From assembly GCA_963708135.1 (NCBI GenBank), contig OY970192.1:5184001-5248000 (forward strand): a DNA stretch of 64,000 bases. Direction: 5' to 3'. The translations under genes were made by a program, and so were the position numbers. Below the pieces are notes generated by a model. That model saw nothing but the letters and a program-made list of their open reading frames with translations, made no database searches and was not told the origin of the DNA. Of this stretch, positions 23,412 through 33,544 are shown one piece after another; within the stretch, counting starts at the first letter, position 1; each line of letters opens with the position of its first letter. Source of the stretch: an uncultured Gemmatimonadales bacterium (GTDB lineage Bacteria > Gemmatimonadota > Gemmatimonadetes > Longimicrobiales > RSA9).

Positions 23412-26348
23412 TCAGAAGTTCAGGCGCAGCGTGGCCAGGAACGTGGCCGGCGTCGGCAGCACGTAGTAGTCGCGGCGTGAGAAGCTGCCGTCCCGGAAAT
23501 CGGCGACCTCCGGGTCGGTGCCGCTGTACTTCGTGCTCGTGAGCAGGTTGCGCCCGGCCACGGTCAGCGTGGCTCCGTGCGCGCCCGGGACGAGCCCCTC
23601 CGGGATCTGGTAGCTCAGCGAGACGCTGCGCAGCTTGAAGAAGTTGGTCGGCTCGACCCACAGCGCGTAGTCGCGTACGCCGCTGGTCAGCGTGCAGCGG
23701 GCGCGGTCGAGCGCGTTCGTCCCGTCCAGGGCGCTCGGGTCGGTCTTGGACGCGCGGATCGCCGCCTGCGCGGCGTAGCACGGCTGCCACTCGGACTTGT
23801 ACGCGTTCTGGTAGGCGAGCGCGTTCAGCAGGTGCCCGCCCAGCTGCCACTCGCCCATGGCGTCGAAGGTCAGCCGCTTCATGAGCGTCAGGGTCGTGGA
23901 CGGCGCGATGATCTTCGTGGGGTACGCCGCGCCGATGTAGGCGTTCTCCTCGAACTGCGGGTCCGCGAGCTCGGTCGGGTTCGTGACCTTGCGGCCGAAG
24001 TAGGAGGGCACCGCGTAGCCCTCCTGGACGTAGGTCCGCGAGAGCGAGTTGACGGTGATCACCTGCCCGCCCAGGTCGCCCGCCTTGCTGTTGATCGTCG
24101 ACAGGTTCAGGCGCGCCGACCAGTCCAGGCTCTCGCGCCGCAGCAGCCCCACGTCCAGGCGCAGCTCGATGCCGTTGTTGAAGAGCTGCCCCACGTTCTC
24201 GAGCTGCCGGTTGGAGAAGCCCTGCGAGGGCGGGTAGACCACCGGCACCAGCGCGTCGAAGGTGTGCTGCCGGTAGTAGGTGAAGTCCACGCCCAGCCGC
24301 CCCTGCAGGGCGCTGCCCTCGAAGCCGAGCTCCGTCTCGCGCGTGCGCTCCGGGCCGAGGTCGGCATTGCCGATCTGGTCGGGCGTGAAGCCCGGCTGGC
24401 CGTTGTCGCCGGCCACCGGCAGCCAGGTCCGCACCGCGTCGAACGCGCCCGGCGCCTTGCCCGACTCGCCGATGGCGCCGCGCAGCTTGAAGCTCTCGAC
24501 CGGCTTCGGCCACCAGGCGTAGTCGGAGAGCACGTACGAGGCGCTCACCTTCGGGTACGGCTGCAGCCCGAAGCTCTGCCCGAACGAGCTGTTGCCGTCC
24601 ACGCGCAGCCCGCCCGTCACGAACAGCCGGTCCCGCAGCGCCACCGTCTCCTGCAGGAAGAAGCCCGCATTCACGACGCGCAGGTCCTCCGAGTTCGTCA
24701 CGTCGCGGCGCGCGGCCGAGGTCAGCGTCGGCGCGCCCGGCCCGGAGAAGTCCGCCGCGTCCACCGAGGTGGCCTGCGTGCGGCTGTCGAAGATCTGCCC
24801 GCCCCAGGACGAGGTGGACGCCAGCCCGAACAGCTCCGCGTGGAAGGAGCCCGCGTAGTCGGCGGAGAGCAGCGTCCGCTTCCAGCCATCCCACCACATC
24901 TCGCCCAGCGGGACGCGCAGGAAGCCGAACGGGTCGAGCGTCTGGTTGTCCAGGTTGTTGTAGTCGAAGCCCACGTTCAGCTTGTTGCTGAACCTGGAAT
25001 TGGGCGTGTAATTCACGAGCAGCCCGGTCACGTAGTGGTCCGCCTTCGTCGTGGCGTCCGTCGTGAAGATCTCGGAGTTGTGCACGCACACCATCTCCGG
25101 ATCACTGCAGCCGCCCGCCTTGAAGTTGCCGTCCGGCCCGCGCGAGACGTTCAGCAGGAAGCCGCTGCCGTTGTTGCCATCCTGGATCCACTGCGTGTTG
25201 CGCCGCGTGTAGGCCGTGTTCAGCCCGAGCTGCAGCGCCCTGGTCGGCCGGAACGAGAAGTTGCCGCGGAACCCGCCGTCGGCGCTGCCGCCGTTGCCCA
25301 CCACGCCGCGGCTGTCCCCGTAGTTGCCCGACATGTAGTAGGTCACGTCGCCCGCGCCGCCGCGCACCGACAGCCCGTAGCGCTGCACCGCCCCGTGCTT
25401 CAGCCAGCTCCCGCTGGACGGGCAGGTCGGATCCTCGAAGCGCGTGCCGTCCCCGATCACCAGGTTCGGCCCGCTGCACTCGTTCACGAACAGCCCCGTC
25501 GGATCGCTCGACGGCCCGACGTGCCCCATCCGGTTGAAGCCCTCCGAGACCTCCGCGTTCCAGCGCGGCTCCCCCGTCACACCGCTCTTCGTGAAGATCT
25601 GGATGATCCCGCCCGACGCCTCCGTGCCGTACAGCGTCGTGGCCGCCGGCCCCTTCACGATCTCGATCCGCTCGATGTCCTCGGGCGAGATGTCGTTCAG
25701 CGGCATGTCCGCCTGCCGCGCCGCGATGCTCGTCGGCGCGTGCCCGTTGTAGATGCGGATGCCGTCCACGTACACGATCGGATCGTTGCCCTGGCTGATG
25801 CTGTTGTTGCCGCGCAGCCGGATGCTCCCGCCCGCCCCCGGCTGACCCGAGTTCTGCAGCACCGTCACCCCCACCGAGCGGCCGGCCAGGATGTCCTGCG
25901 GCGTCGCCACCGGCGCCCGCGAGATCTCCGCCGCCCCGATCGCCGAGACGCTGTTGCCGATCTCCCGCTTGCGCGTCTCCCCCGTGGCCGTGACCACCAG
26001 CTCGTTCAGCGCCACCGCCGTCTGCGCGAGCTCGAAGTCCGCCGTGGCCGACGCGCCCGCCGTCACCGTCACCTGCTGCTCCGCCGGACCGTAGCCCAGC
26101 ATCGTCACGCGCACCGTGGCCGCACCGGCCGCGACGTCGGGGATCACATACGCCCCGTTCGCGTCCGCCAGCGCGCCGCGGCCCGTGCCGACGACCGCCA
26201 CCTGCGCCCCGGACAATGGCCGGGTCGTCGCGGCATCCTTGATGGTGCCGCGGATCGTGCCCCGCTGCTGCGCGCCGAGTCCCGCCGGCATCGCGGCGAG
26301 CGCGACGAGCAGCACGACGGCGGCCCCCATGGCCGTCCTGCCTCGCAT
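23412..26348 (-). CDS. SusC/RagA-family TonB-dependent receptor
   Basis: AGGAGG RBS before MRGRTAM; CarboxypepD_reg-like N-domain, plug DIERIEIVKGPAATTLYG, NADLGPERTRE, C-terminal Phe. Confidence 0.93.
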   Translation of the reverse strand: MRGRTAMGAAVVLLVALAAMPAGLGAQQRGTIRGTIKDAATTRPLSGAQVAVVGTGRGALADANGAYVIPDVAAGAATVRVTMLGYGPAEQQVTVTAGASATADFELAQTAVALNELVVTATGETRKREIGNSVSAIGAAEISRAPVATPQDILAGRSVGVTVLQNSGQPGAGGSIRLRGNNSISQGNDPIVYVDGIRIYNGHAPTSIAARQADMPLNDISPEDIERIEIVKGPAATTLYGTEASGGIIQIFTKSGVTGEPRWNAEVSEGFNRMGHVGPSSDPTGLFVNECSGPNLVIGDGTRFEDPTCPSSGSWLKHGAVQRYGLSVRGGAGDVTYYMSGNYGDSRGVVGNGGSADGGFRGNFSFRPTRALQLGLNTAYTRRNTQWIQDGNNGSGFLLNVSRGPDGNFKAGGCSDPEMVCVHNSEIFTTDATTKADHYVTGLLVNYTPNSRFSNKLNVGFDYNNLDNQTLDPFGFLRVPLGEMWWDGWKRTLLSADYAGSFHAELFGLASTSSWGGQIFDSRTQATSVDAADFSGPGAPTLTSAARRDVTNSEDLRVVNAGFFLQETVALRDRLFVTGGLRVDGNSSFGQSFGLQPYPKVSASYVLSDYAWWPKPVESFKLRGAIGESGKAPGAFDAVRTWLPVAGDNGQPGFTPDQIGNADLGPERTRETELGFEGSALQGRLGVDFTYYRQHTFDALVPVVYPPSQGFSNRQLENVGQLFNNGIELRLDVGLLRRESLDWSARLNLSTINSKAGDLGGQVITVNSLSRTYVQEGYAVPSYFGRKVTNPTELADPQFEENAYIGAAYPTKIIAPSTTLTLMKRLTFDAMGEWQLGGHLLNALAYQNAYKSEWQPCYAAQAAIRASKTDPSALDGTNALDRARCTLTSGVRDYALWVEPTNFFKLRSVSLSYQIPEGLVPGAHGATLTVAGRNLLTSTKYSGTDPEVADFRDGSFSRRDYYVLPTPATFLATLRLNF

Positions 26349-27021
26349 AGTCCGCCTCCTGGAAAGTCGATCGAGCCCCGCTTCGGGTGCGTTCTGGAAT
26401 ACGTTGCTGGATACCTTCTGCCGCCGGTGAGACGGGAGAACGGCCCCGATCGGGCACGGCGGCCACCGGTGTTCGCGCGTGCGACCGGTACCGCCGCCAT
26501 GCGGGCCAGCCCGCCCGAGTATGAAACGAGATCCAGTCAACGCGCGCGCGCGACCGGCGGCAATGCCGATCGCGCGGGGGGCGCTGTGGGGGAGTTCACC
26601 ACACGGGCGGCGAACGCGGCGGTCGCTCCAGTGTACGACGTTGGCGCCGTTGGTGGGGGCGGGTCCGACACCTCGCGGTGCGGAATTCCGGACAGGATTT
26701 CCTCCGCTGCCCTACATGCGGCGGCGGGCGCGCACCGTTGATTGGCGAGACCGGAAGGCGAGACGAGTGTTGGCCTGCCTGGGAAGCGCTGCCGCGCTGG
26801 ACCCGGCTTGCTTCCGGGCGGTACCTCCTCGACACGGGTGGGTGGGTGGACCGAGATCGTGACAGCTCTGTTGCGCCGCAGGGTGGCGCCACCTTCCCGC
26901 GACTCCTCTCGCGGGCCGGGACGTTCCCGGTCCCGCACTCCCGCCGGGCGGATCGGTCCCGGCCCGCGAGCCTGCAGCCGGGCGCGCGGCTCTTCGTCTC
27001 CACATTGTTCGGAGGTGCACC

Positions 27022-28437
27022 ATGCGGGACGCGTCTCGTGGCCGTGCCGGCCGCGCCGTAGCGGTCGGGTTCCTTCTGTTGCTGAGCGCGTCGCCGACGC
27101 TGGCGGCCGGCCGGCGGGGCGGCGGGCTGTGGATGGGTGGGCGGAGGGTGGCGCTGTCCGCGGCAACGCGGGCGCTGCCGATTCCGAGCTTCTCGCGTCA
27201 GACGAAGCTCGCGTGCAACGTTTGCCACACCGCGTTCCTTCAGCTCACGCCGTTCGGCCGGCTGTTCAAGCTGAATGGCTACACGATGACGGGGATCGAG
27301 AAGGTGACGGCGGGGAAGGGAGCCGCGGGTGCGGGCCTGTCGCTCGACCTGATTCCCCCCGTCTCGGTAATGGTACAGGCGTCGTTGACCCACGTATCGG
27401 ACGCGCCGCCGGGCACGGAGAACGACCAGGCGGAGTTCCCCGACCAGATGAGCCTGTTCGTGGGCGAGGCGATCACGCCGCGCATCGGCACGTTCCTGCA
27501 GTTCACCTACGCGGGACCGGACGGCTCCTTCGGCTGGGACAACGCGGACATCCGCTTCGCCAACCACGCGAGTATCGGCGGCCGCCCGATCATCTACGGC
27601 GTGACGCTGAACAACAACCCCTCTGTCCAGGACGTGTGGAACAGCACGCCGGCGTGGAGCTGGCCCTTTGCGGGCTCGAGCGTAGCGCCCGGCCCGGCGG
27701 CGGCCACGGCCGTCGAGGGCGACCTGGCGCAGCGCGTGGCGGGGCTCGGCGGCTACATCTTCTGGAACAACCTGCTCTACGCCGAGCTGACCGGCTACCG
27801 CTCGGCGCCGCAGGGGGGGCCCCATCCCGCGGATGAGACGGCGGAGCAGACCATCGAGGGGGTGAGCCCGTACTGGCGGGTGGCGCTCTCGCACGACATG
27901 CAGACGCAGTCGATCGAGGTCGGCACGTTCGGGCTGTCAACGCGCGAGTACCCCTCCGGCATCACGGGGCTGACCAACGGCTACACCGATATCGGGCTCG
28001 ACGGGCAGTATCAGTACTTCTTCGCCAACTCCAACATCACCGCGCACGGCAGCTACATCCGCGAGAAGCAGAACCTGAACGCCGGCTTCCAGTCGGGTGA
28101 TGCGGCCAACAACGACGACGTGCTGCACAGCTTCAAGGCGGATGCCGAGCTGGTCCTGCAATCCGGTATCGCGCCCGGGCTCGGCTTCTTCGCCACCTCC
28201 GGGGGCGCCGACCCGGGCCTGTACCCGGAAGGCGAGGTGGACGGCAGCCTCACGCACAAGCCGAACAGCAGCGGCTTCATTGCCGAGCTGGACGTGAACC
28301 CCTGGCTGAACACTCGCCTCACCGCGCAGTATGTGCTCTACAGCAAGTTCAACGGCGCGAGCACCAACTACGACGGCGCCGGGCGCAACGCGTCCGACAA
28401 CAACACGCTGTACCTGCTGGCCTGGCTGGTCTTCTGA
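27022..28437 (+). CDS. cyc2: Cyc2-like fused monoheme cytochrome-porin
   Basis: Signal peptide, then IPSFSRQTKLACNVCH..QLTPFGRLFKLNGY, FPDQMSLF, ITPRIG, NNNPSVQDVWN; beta-barrel C-terminus ..LAWLVF; GGAGGT RBS. Confidence 0.8.
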   Translation: MRDASRGRAGRAVAVGFLLLLSASPTLAAGRRGGGLWMGGRRVALSAATRALPIPSFSRQTKLACNVCHTAFLQLTPFGRLFKLNGYTMTGIEKVTAGKGAAGAGLSLDLIPPVSVMVQASLTHVSDAPPGTENDQAEFPDQMSLFVGEAITPRIGTFLQFTYAGPDGSFGWDNADIRFANHASIGGRPIIYGVTLNNNPSVQDVWNSTPAWSWPFAGSSVAPGPAAATAVEGDLAQRVAGLGGYIFWNNLLYAELTGYRSAPQGGPHPADETAEQTIEGVSPYWRVALSHDMQTQSIEVGTFGLSTREYPSGITGLTNGYTDIGLDGQYQYFFANSNITAHGSYIREKQNLNAGFQSGDAANNDDVLHSFKADAELVLQSGIAPGLGFFATSGGADPGLYPEGEVDGSLTHKPNSSGFIAELDVNPWLNTRLTAQYVLYSKFNGASTNYDGAGRNASDNNTLYLLAWLVF

Positions 28438-28480
28438 TCCGCCGGGCGTGAACAGGAGGGCAACGACTCTCACTGGAGGT

Positions 28481-28945
28481 ATGATGCGCATCATGCACGC
28501 TCTCGCGAGGACCGGCCTCATCGCCGCGGCGGTCCTGCTCCCGGCCGGCCTGGCCCGGCCCGCACAGGCGACACCGGCGGCCTCCGCCCCGCGCGGCGCC
28601 CGGCCTGCCGTGCCGCAGGACACCGGGCAGGCCGCGGCGCCCTGTCCGGAGATCACCAAGGACCTCGTCGGCCAGGGCAAGAAGCTCTTCACCGGCTCCG
28701 GCAACTGCTTCACCTGCCACGGCGCCAACGCGAAGGGGACGCCGCTCGCCCCGGACCTCACGGACAAGACCTGGCTCCAGATCGACGGCAGCTATCCCGC
28801 CATCGTGAAGCTGATCCACACCGGCGTGCCGCAGCCCAAGGAGCACCCCGCGCCGATGCCGGCGATGGGCGGCGCGCAGCTGAGCGAATCCCAGATCTGT
28901 GCCGTGGGAGCGTACGTCTTCTCCCTCACGCACCCGATCTCCTGA
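28481..28945 (+). CDS. Periplasmic monoheme cytochrome c
   Basis: Signal peptide, CFTCH, distal MPAMG Met ligand; GGAGGT RBS. Confidence 0.9.
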   Translation: MMRIMHALARTGLIAAAVLLPAGLARPAQATPAASAPRGARPAVPQDTGQAAAPCPEITKDLVGQGKKLFTGSGNCFTCHGANAKGTPLAPDLTDKTWLQIDGSYPAIVKLIHTGVPQPKEHPAPMPAMGGAQLSESQICAVGAYVFSLTHPIS

Positions 28946-29166
28946 CGGCCCTCTGCCGCCGGCGGGTGTGCCCCGCCGGCGGCCCCACGGCGCCGCTCCT
29001 GTCCACGTCCGGGGAAGGCGCCTACATTGACCTCCTCCCGGAAACTCATCCGGTGTCAATGCCGCGCGGCCCCTGAGGGGGGCGCGCGGAACCGGCCGGG
29101 CCCCCCGTCGCATTCTTCCTAGGATTCAGCCGCGGCCCGGCGAGGGCCACGGGAAAGGTCGGCGCG

Positions 29167-30357
29167 TTGGGCAAGCTCGTGGTCCTCATGATCACGGCGT
29201 TCGTGGACATGGTGGGGCTCCTCGCGGTGCTCCCCCTGTTGCCCTTCTACGCCCTGAAGTTCGGCGCCAACGGGCTGGTGATCGGGCTGCTGGTCTCGTC
29301 CTTCGCGATCGCGCAGCTCATCGCGGCGCCGTTCTGGGGCCGCGTCTCCGACCGCTACGGCCGCCGGCCGGCGCTGCTGATCGGGCTGGGCGCCTCGACC
29401 ATCGCCTACGTCGTCTTCGGCTTCGCCGACTCGATCTGGCTGCTCTTCATCTCGCGGCTGGTGCAGGGCGCCGGCGGCGGGACCGTGAGCGTGATCCAGG
29501 CCTACGTCGCAGATGCGACGCAGCCGCGCGACCGGGCCAAGGCGCTCGGCTGGCTCTCCGCCGCGACCAACCTCGGCGTCACGATCGGTCCCGTCATCGG
29601 CTCGCTCACGCATTCCTGGGGCGATGCCGCGCCGGGCCTGTTCGCGGCCGGCCTGTGCCTCGTCAACATGGGCTTCGCCGCGCGCTTCCTCACGGAGACC
29701 CACACGGGCACGGAGCGGCAGCCCGGCGTGCGCGTGGGCACCTCCCGCGAGGCGGTGATCCGGGTGGTGACCCACTCCGCCGAGCCAGCGCCCCGGCTCA
29801 TCTGGATCTACTCGATCACCATGGGCGCCTTCCAGGCGATGACGGCCGTGCTCGCCCTCTTCCTCGCCGCCCGCTACGGCGTGGACGAGCGGAACATCGG
29901 CTACTTCTTCATGTACGTGGGCGCGATCAGCGTGGTCACGCGCGCCTTCGTCCTCGGCCGCATGGTCAACTGGCTGGGCGAGGCGCGCCTGTCGCGCGTG
30001 GGGCTCGTCACGCTCGCCGCCGGGCTCGCCACCATGCCGCTCACGCACAGCTACGCCACCCTCGCCGTCAGCGTCGCGCTGGTCCCGGTCGGCACCGCCT
30101 TCACCTTCCCGTGCGTGACCGCGCTGCTCTCGAAGGTGATCGGCAGCCACGAGCGTGGCCTCTACCTGGGCGTCCAGCAGACTTTCGGCGGGATGGCCCG
30201 GGTGCTCGGGCCGCTCTGGGCCGGCTTCGCCTGGGACCATCTCGGCATCGGCTGGCCGTTCTGGACCTCCGCCGCGCTCGTGCTCGGCGTGATCTTCCTC
30301 GGCCTCGACATGGAGCGCTACACCGAGCCGGAGGCCGGCACCGTTCCGGCGGACTGA
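29167..30357 (+). CDS. MFS transporter (DHA1/TetA-like)
   Basis: Motif A GRVSDRYGRRP, about 12 TM segments, YVADAT. Confidence 0.92.
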   Translation: MGKLVVLMITAFVDMVGLLAVLPLLPFYALKFGANGLVIGLLVSSFAIAQLIAAPFWGRVSDRYGRRPALLIGLGASTIAYVVFGFADSIWLLFISRLVQGAGGGTVSVIQAYVADATQPRDRAKALGWLSAATNLGVTIGPVIGSLTHSWGDAAPGLFAAGLCLVNMGFAARFLTETHTGTERQPGVRVGTSREAVIRVVTHSAEPAPRLIWIYSITMGAFQAMTAVLALFLAARYGVDERNIGYFFMYVGAISVVTRAFVLGRMVNWLGEARLSRVGLVTLAAGLATMPLTHSYATLAVSVALVPVGTAFTFPCVTALLSKVIGSHERGLYLGVQQTFGGMARVLGPLWAGFAWDHLGIGWPFWTSAALVLGVIFLGLDMERYTEPEAGTVPAD

Positions 30358-30430
30358 GGCAGGCGACGCAGCCCGCGCCGCCGCGTCGCCTGCCGCACCC
30401 GCAGGGCACCCTCACGTTACCGGAGCCGCC

Positions 30431-30973
30431 ATGGATGGGACCCGCCTGGGCGAGGCCTTCCTCGCCGACGTGCTCGCCACGTTCGAGCGCCAGAAGGAGC
30501 GCGCCGACCGCGCCCTCGCGCAGCTCGGCGAGGACGAGCTGTTCCTCGCGCCCGATCCGGAGGCCAACAGCGTGGCCGTGCTGATGCAGCACCTGGCCGG
30601 CAACATGCGCTCGCGCTACACCGGCTACCTCACGACCGACGGCGAGAAGCCCGACCGCAACCGCGACGCCGAGTTCGTGGTCGCGCCCGGCACCACGCCG
30701 GCGGCGCTCCAGGAGCGCTGGGAGGAGGCGTGGGCGCTGCAGGACGCAACGATCGGGGCCCTGTGCGCCGCCGACCTCGAGGCGACGGTCCACTACCGCG
30801 GCCGCGCCGAGACGGTGCTCCAGTCGCTGCTGAAGCAGCTCGACCATGCCGCGCTGCACGTCGGCCAGATCATCTACCTCGCCCGCCACATCCGCGGCTC
30901 GGCGTGGAAGACGCTGACGATCGAGCGCGGGAAGACGAGGGAGTACCACGACAGGATCGGCTACCGGCCGTAG
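30431..30973 (+). CDS. DUF1572 / DinB-like protein
   Basis: NSVAVLMQHLAGNMRSRYT..TTDGEKPDRNRDAEF, HAALHVGQIIY. Confidence 0.88.
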   Translation: MDGTRLGEAFLADVLATFERQKERADRALAQLGEDELFLAPDPEANSVAVLMQHLAGNMRSRYTGYLTTDGEKPDRNRDAEFVVAPGTTPAALQERWEEAWALQDATIGALCAADLEATVHYRGRAETVLQSLLKQLDHAALHVGQIIYLARHIRGSAWKTLTIERGKTREYHDRIGYRP

Positions 30974-32055
30974 GGCGGGCCCGTGCCGGGACCGCCCGGT
31001 GCGATCCGCAGCTCCGGGCCGCCGCGGGCGGCGCGCAGGCGCTCCTCGGCGAGGCGGTCGGCGGCGACGTCGGTGGTGATCCCCTCGGCGGCGGCGGTGT
31101 CCAGGAGGCGGAGCACGGTGTCGTGGATGCCGCGCACCTTCTCGAGCGTGCGCTCGCTCGCCCAGCCGACCACCTCGCGGCAGCCGTTGATGACGCCGCC
31201 CGCGTTGGCGATATAGTCGGGGATGTAGAGGATGCCGCGCTCGGTGAGAGCGCGGCCGTCGCCCGGCCCGAGCAGCTGGTTGTTGGCCGCGCCGGCCACG
31301 ATCTCGACGCGCAGGCGCGGGATGCTCCTCTCGTTCAGCACGCCGCCCAGCGCGCACGGGGCGAAGACGTCGGCGCTCTGGTCCAGGATCTCGCTGGTCG
31401 GCACCACCCGCGCGTCGTGGTCGGCCGCGAGCCGCGCCGCCTTGGCGCCGTCCACATCGCTCACGATCAGCCGGGCGCCCGCCGCGGCGAGCAGCCGGCA
31501 CAGCGCCGTCCCGACGTGGCCGCACCCCTGCACGGCGACGGTGCGGCCGGCGAGGGAGCCGTTTCCCCAACGCCACTGCGCCGCGGCTTCCATCGCGCGG
31601 AACACGCCGAGCGCCGTGTACGGCGAGGGGTCGCCGGAGAGGCCCGGCAGCCCGGCGACGTGCAATGTCGCCTCGCGCACGACCTGCATGTCCGCGGGTC
31701 CCGTTCCCACGTCCTCGCCGGTGATGTAGGTGCCACCCAGCCGCTCGATGAAGCGGCCATGCGCGCGCAGCACCTCGCGCCGGTCGGCGCCCGGCTCCGG
31801 CTCGAGGATCACCGACTTGCCGCCGCCGAGAGGGATATCCGCCGCAGCGTTCTTGTAGGTCATCCCGCGCGCCAGCCGCAGCGCGTCCGTGATGGCGTCC
31901 TCCTCCGTCTCGTAGCGCCAGAAGCGCGTGCCGCCCACCGCCGGCCCGAGCGTCGTCGAGTGGATGGCGATGACGCCACGGTACCCCGCGGCGGGGTCCT
32001 GGCAGAACAGGAGCTGCTCGTGGCCGAACTCGGCGAGGGAATCGAAGAGCGGCAT
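30961..32055 (-). CDS. Leu/Phe/Val dehydrogenase
   Basis: IAIHSTTLGPAVGGTR, GMTYKNA, GGGKSVI, GEDVGT, GDPSPYTA, VQGCGHVG, GAANNQL. Confidence 0.95.
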   Translation of the reverse strand: MPLFDSLAEFGHEQLLFCQDPAAGYRGVIAIHSTTLGPAVGGTRFWRYETEEDAITDALRLARGMTYKNAAADIPLGGGKSVILEPEPGADRREVLRAHGRFIERLGGTYITGEDVGTGPADMQVVREATLHVAGLPGLSGDPSPYTALGVFRAMEAAAQWRWGNGSLAGRTVAVQGCGHVGTALCRLLAAAGARLIVSDVDGAKAARLAADHDARVVPTSEILDQSADVFAPCALGGVLNERSIPRLRVEIVAGAANNQLLGPGDGRALTERGILYIPDYIANAGGVINGCREVVGWASERTLEKVRGIHDTVLRLLDTAAAEGITTDVAADRLAEERLRAARGGPELRIAPGGPGTGPPYGR

Positions 32056-32266
32056 CCGGAGGCCCGAGGGGAAAGAGGATCGTCGCGCATAATGCAACCG
32101 AGGCCGGGGGCGGGACAAGAATCTGCGCCGAACGCATGGCCTGCGCCCCACACGCCAAGTCCCTATATTGGCCTCCCCTCCCGCGCCCGCCGGAGGGTAC
32201 ACCCGCAGGCAGAGCCGACCCGAACCCCCGAGAGCCATGAGACACCCTGTGTCAACCCCCCTGTGT

Positions 32267-33514
32267 TCAAGCAGCCGCCGCGGTGGGTTCCGCGGGGGTG
32301 AAGAAGGGGATAGCCCGTCCGTGTCGGGAGGGGTCGTAGGTGGACCGATTGTGCCAGCAGCGCCACAGCACGCGGACCCAGGCTCGGGCGAGGATTCGGA
32401 TTGCGTGCGGGTGATCGCAGCCGCGGGCACGGGCGCACTTGTAGACGGCGGCGGCCCAGGGGTGGGCATGGCGGGAGTTGTCCGCCCAGGTGGTGAGGGC
32501 TTGTCGCAGGCGCTTGTTGCAGGCGAAGCGGCAGGCGACGCCGCGATGCTTGCCGGAGCTGTGCGTAACGGGGGCGACGCCGGCTTCGGCGGCGAGCTGG
32601 GCGTCGGTGGCGAAGCGGAGCCGGTCGTCGCCGAGCTCGGCGAGAATCTGGGCGGCATTGATGGTGCCGGTGCGGGGGAAGGACTTCAGGATCTCACCGT
32701 CGGGATGCTGCGCGAGGTGAGCGGCGATGAGCCCGTCGAGCTCGCGGATCTGAGCCACGAGAGGGCGGAGGACGGCGACCAGGGAACGGACGAGCTGACC
32801 TTTGGTCTCGCTCTCGAGCTCGGCGGCCTGCCCTGCGGGGGCGGAGCGGAGCCGCTCGAGGAGCTGATCGACCGGCCGGCGGCCGCAGTAGGCAGTGCGC
32901 TTGAGGAATCGTTCGAGGCGCTTGGGCCCGAGGCGGGCGGCGCTCTCCGGGGTGGGGTAGGCGTCCAGGAAATCGAGGGCGATCGGGCTATCGACATCGG
33001 CGAAAATGGCGGCAGCGCCGGCCCAGAAGCTGTCGAGCAGGCTGCGGAGCTGATTGGCGAGCTGGACGCGGGTCGCGACCAGGTCATCGCGGGTGCGAAC
33101 GGCGGCGCGAAGCGCCTTGGTGCGATCGGAGGGGACCCGGAGCGGCCGGAATCGATGCCCATCGGTACGCAGGACGTCGGCGAGGATGTAGGCATCACCG
33201 GGATCGCTCTTCCCCGGAGCCGCGGCGTAGCGGGGCCGGGTGGCCTTGAGGGCGTTCGGGTGGATCGGAACGACCGGGAAGCCGGCCTCGACCAACGTAT
33301 CCACCAGAAGTCCGGACGGCCGCTCGATGGCGATGGGCAGCTGCGCCGGAGAGCTGACGCGACGCAGGCGCCGGATCAGCTCACTCAGCCCACCGGCCGT
33401 GTGAGGGATGGTGAACGCGTCAACGAGGGCGCCGCTGAGATCGAGCACACAGACGTCATGCTTGTCGCTGGCCCAGTCAATTCCGACGAGGTAGCTTGGA
33501 TCCAGTCCTTCCAC
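32267..33514 (-). CDS. IS110-family transposase/recombinase (DEDD RuvC + Tnp)
   Basis: VGIDWA, AIER, KSDPGDAYILAD, AGVAPVTHSSGK, NKRLRQAL; GGAGG RBS before GTG. Confidence 0.96.
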   Translation of the reverse strand: MEGLDPSYLVGIDWASDKHDVCVLDLSGALVDAFTIPHTAGGLSELIRRLRRVSSPAQLPIAIERPSGLLVDTLVEAGFPVVPIHPNALKATRPRYAAAPGKSDPGDAYILADVLRTDGHRFRPLRVPSDRTKALRAAVRTRDDLVATRVQLANQLRSLLDSFWAGAAAIFADVDSPIALDFLDAYPTPESAARLGPKRLERFLKRTAYCGRRPVDQLLERLRSAPAGQAAELESETKGQLVRSLVAVLRPLVAQIRELDGLIAAHLAQHPDGEILKSFPRTGTINAAQILAELGDDRLRFATDAQLAAEAGVAPVTHSSGKHRGVACRFACNKRLRQALTTWADNSRHAHPWAAAVYKCARARGCDHPHAIRILARAWVRVLWRCWHNRSTYDPSRHGRAIPFFTPAEPTAAAA

Positions 33515-33544
33515 GCCTCACCTCCGAGCAGAGATTCACTCCCT

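Noticed and set aside
23577..26741. Long antisense/shadow ORFs (also 6833-10507, 12203-15307, 53276-56677, 17950-20889)
   Set aside because: Arg/Ala/Pro-rich, motif-free, and overlapping well-supported genes, as expected at this GC content. The IS110 antisense ORF was kept only because its ends coincide exactly with the element junctions
29025..29060. CATTGAC..GTCAATG inverted repeat as an operator or riboswitch
   Set aside because: Only 7-bp arms, single occurrence, no recognisable family
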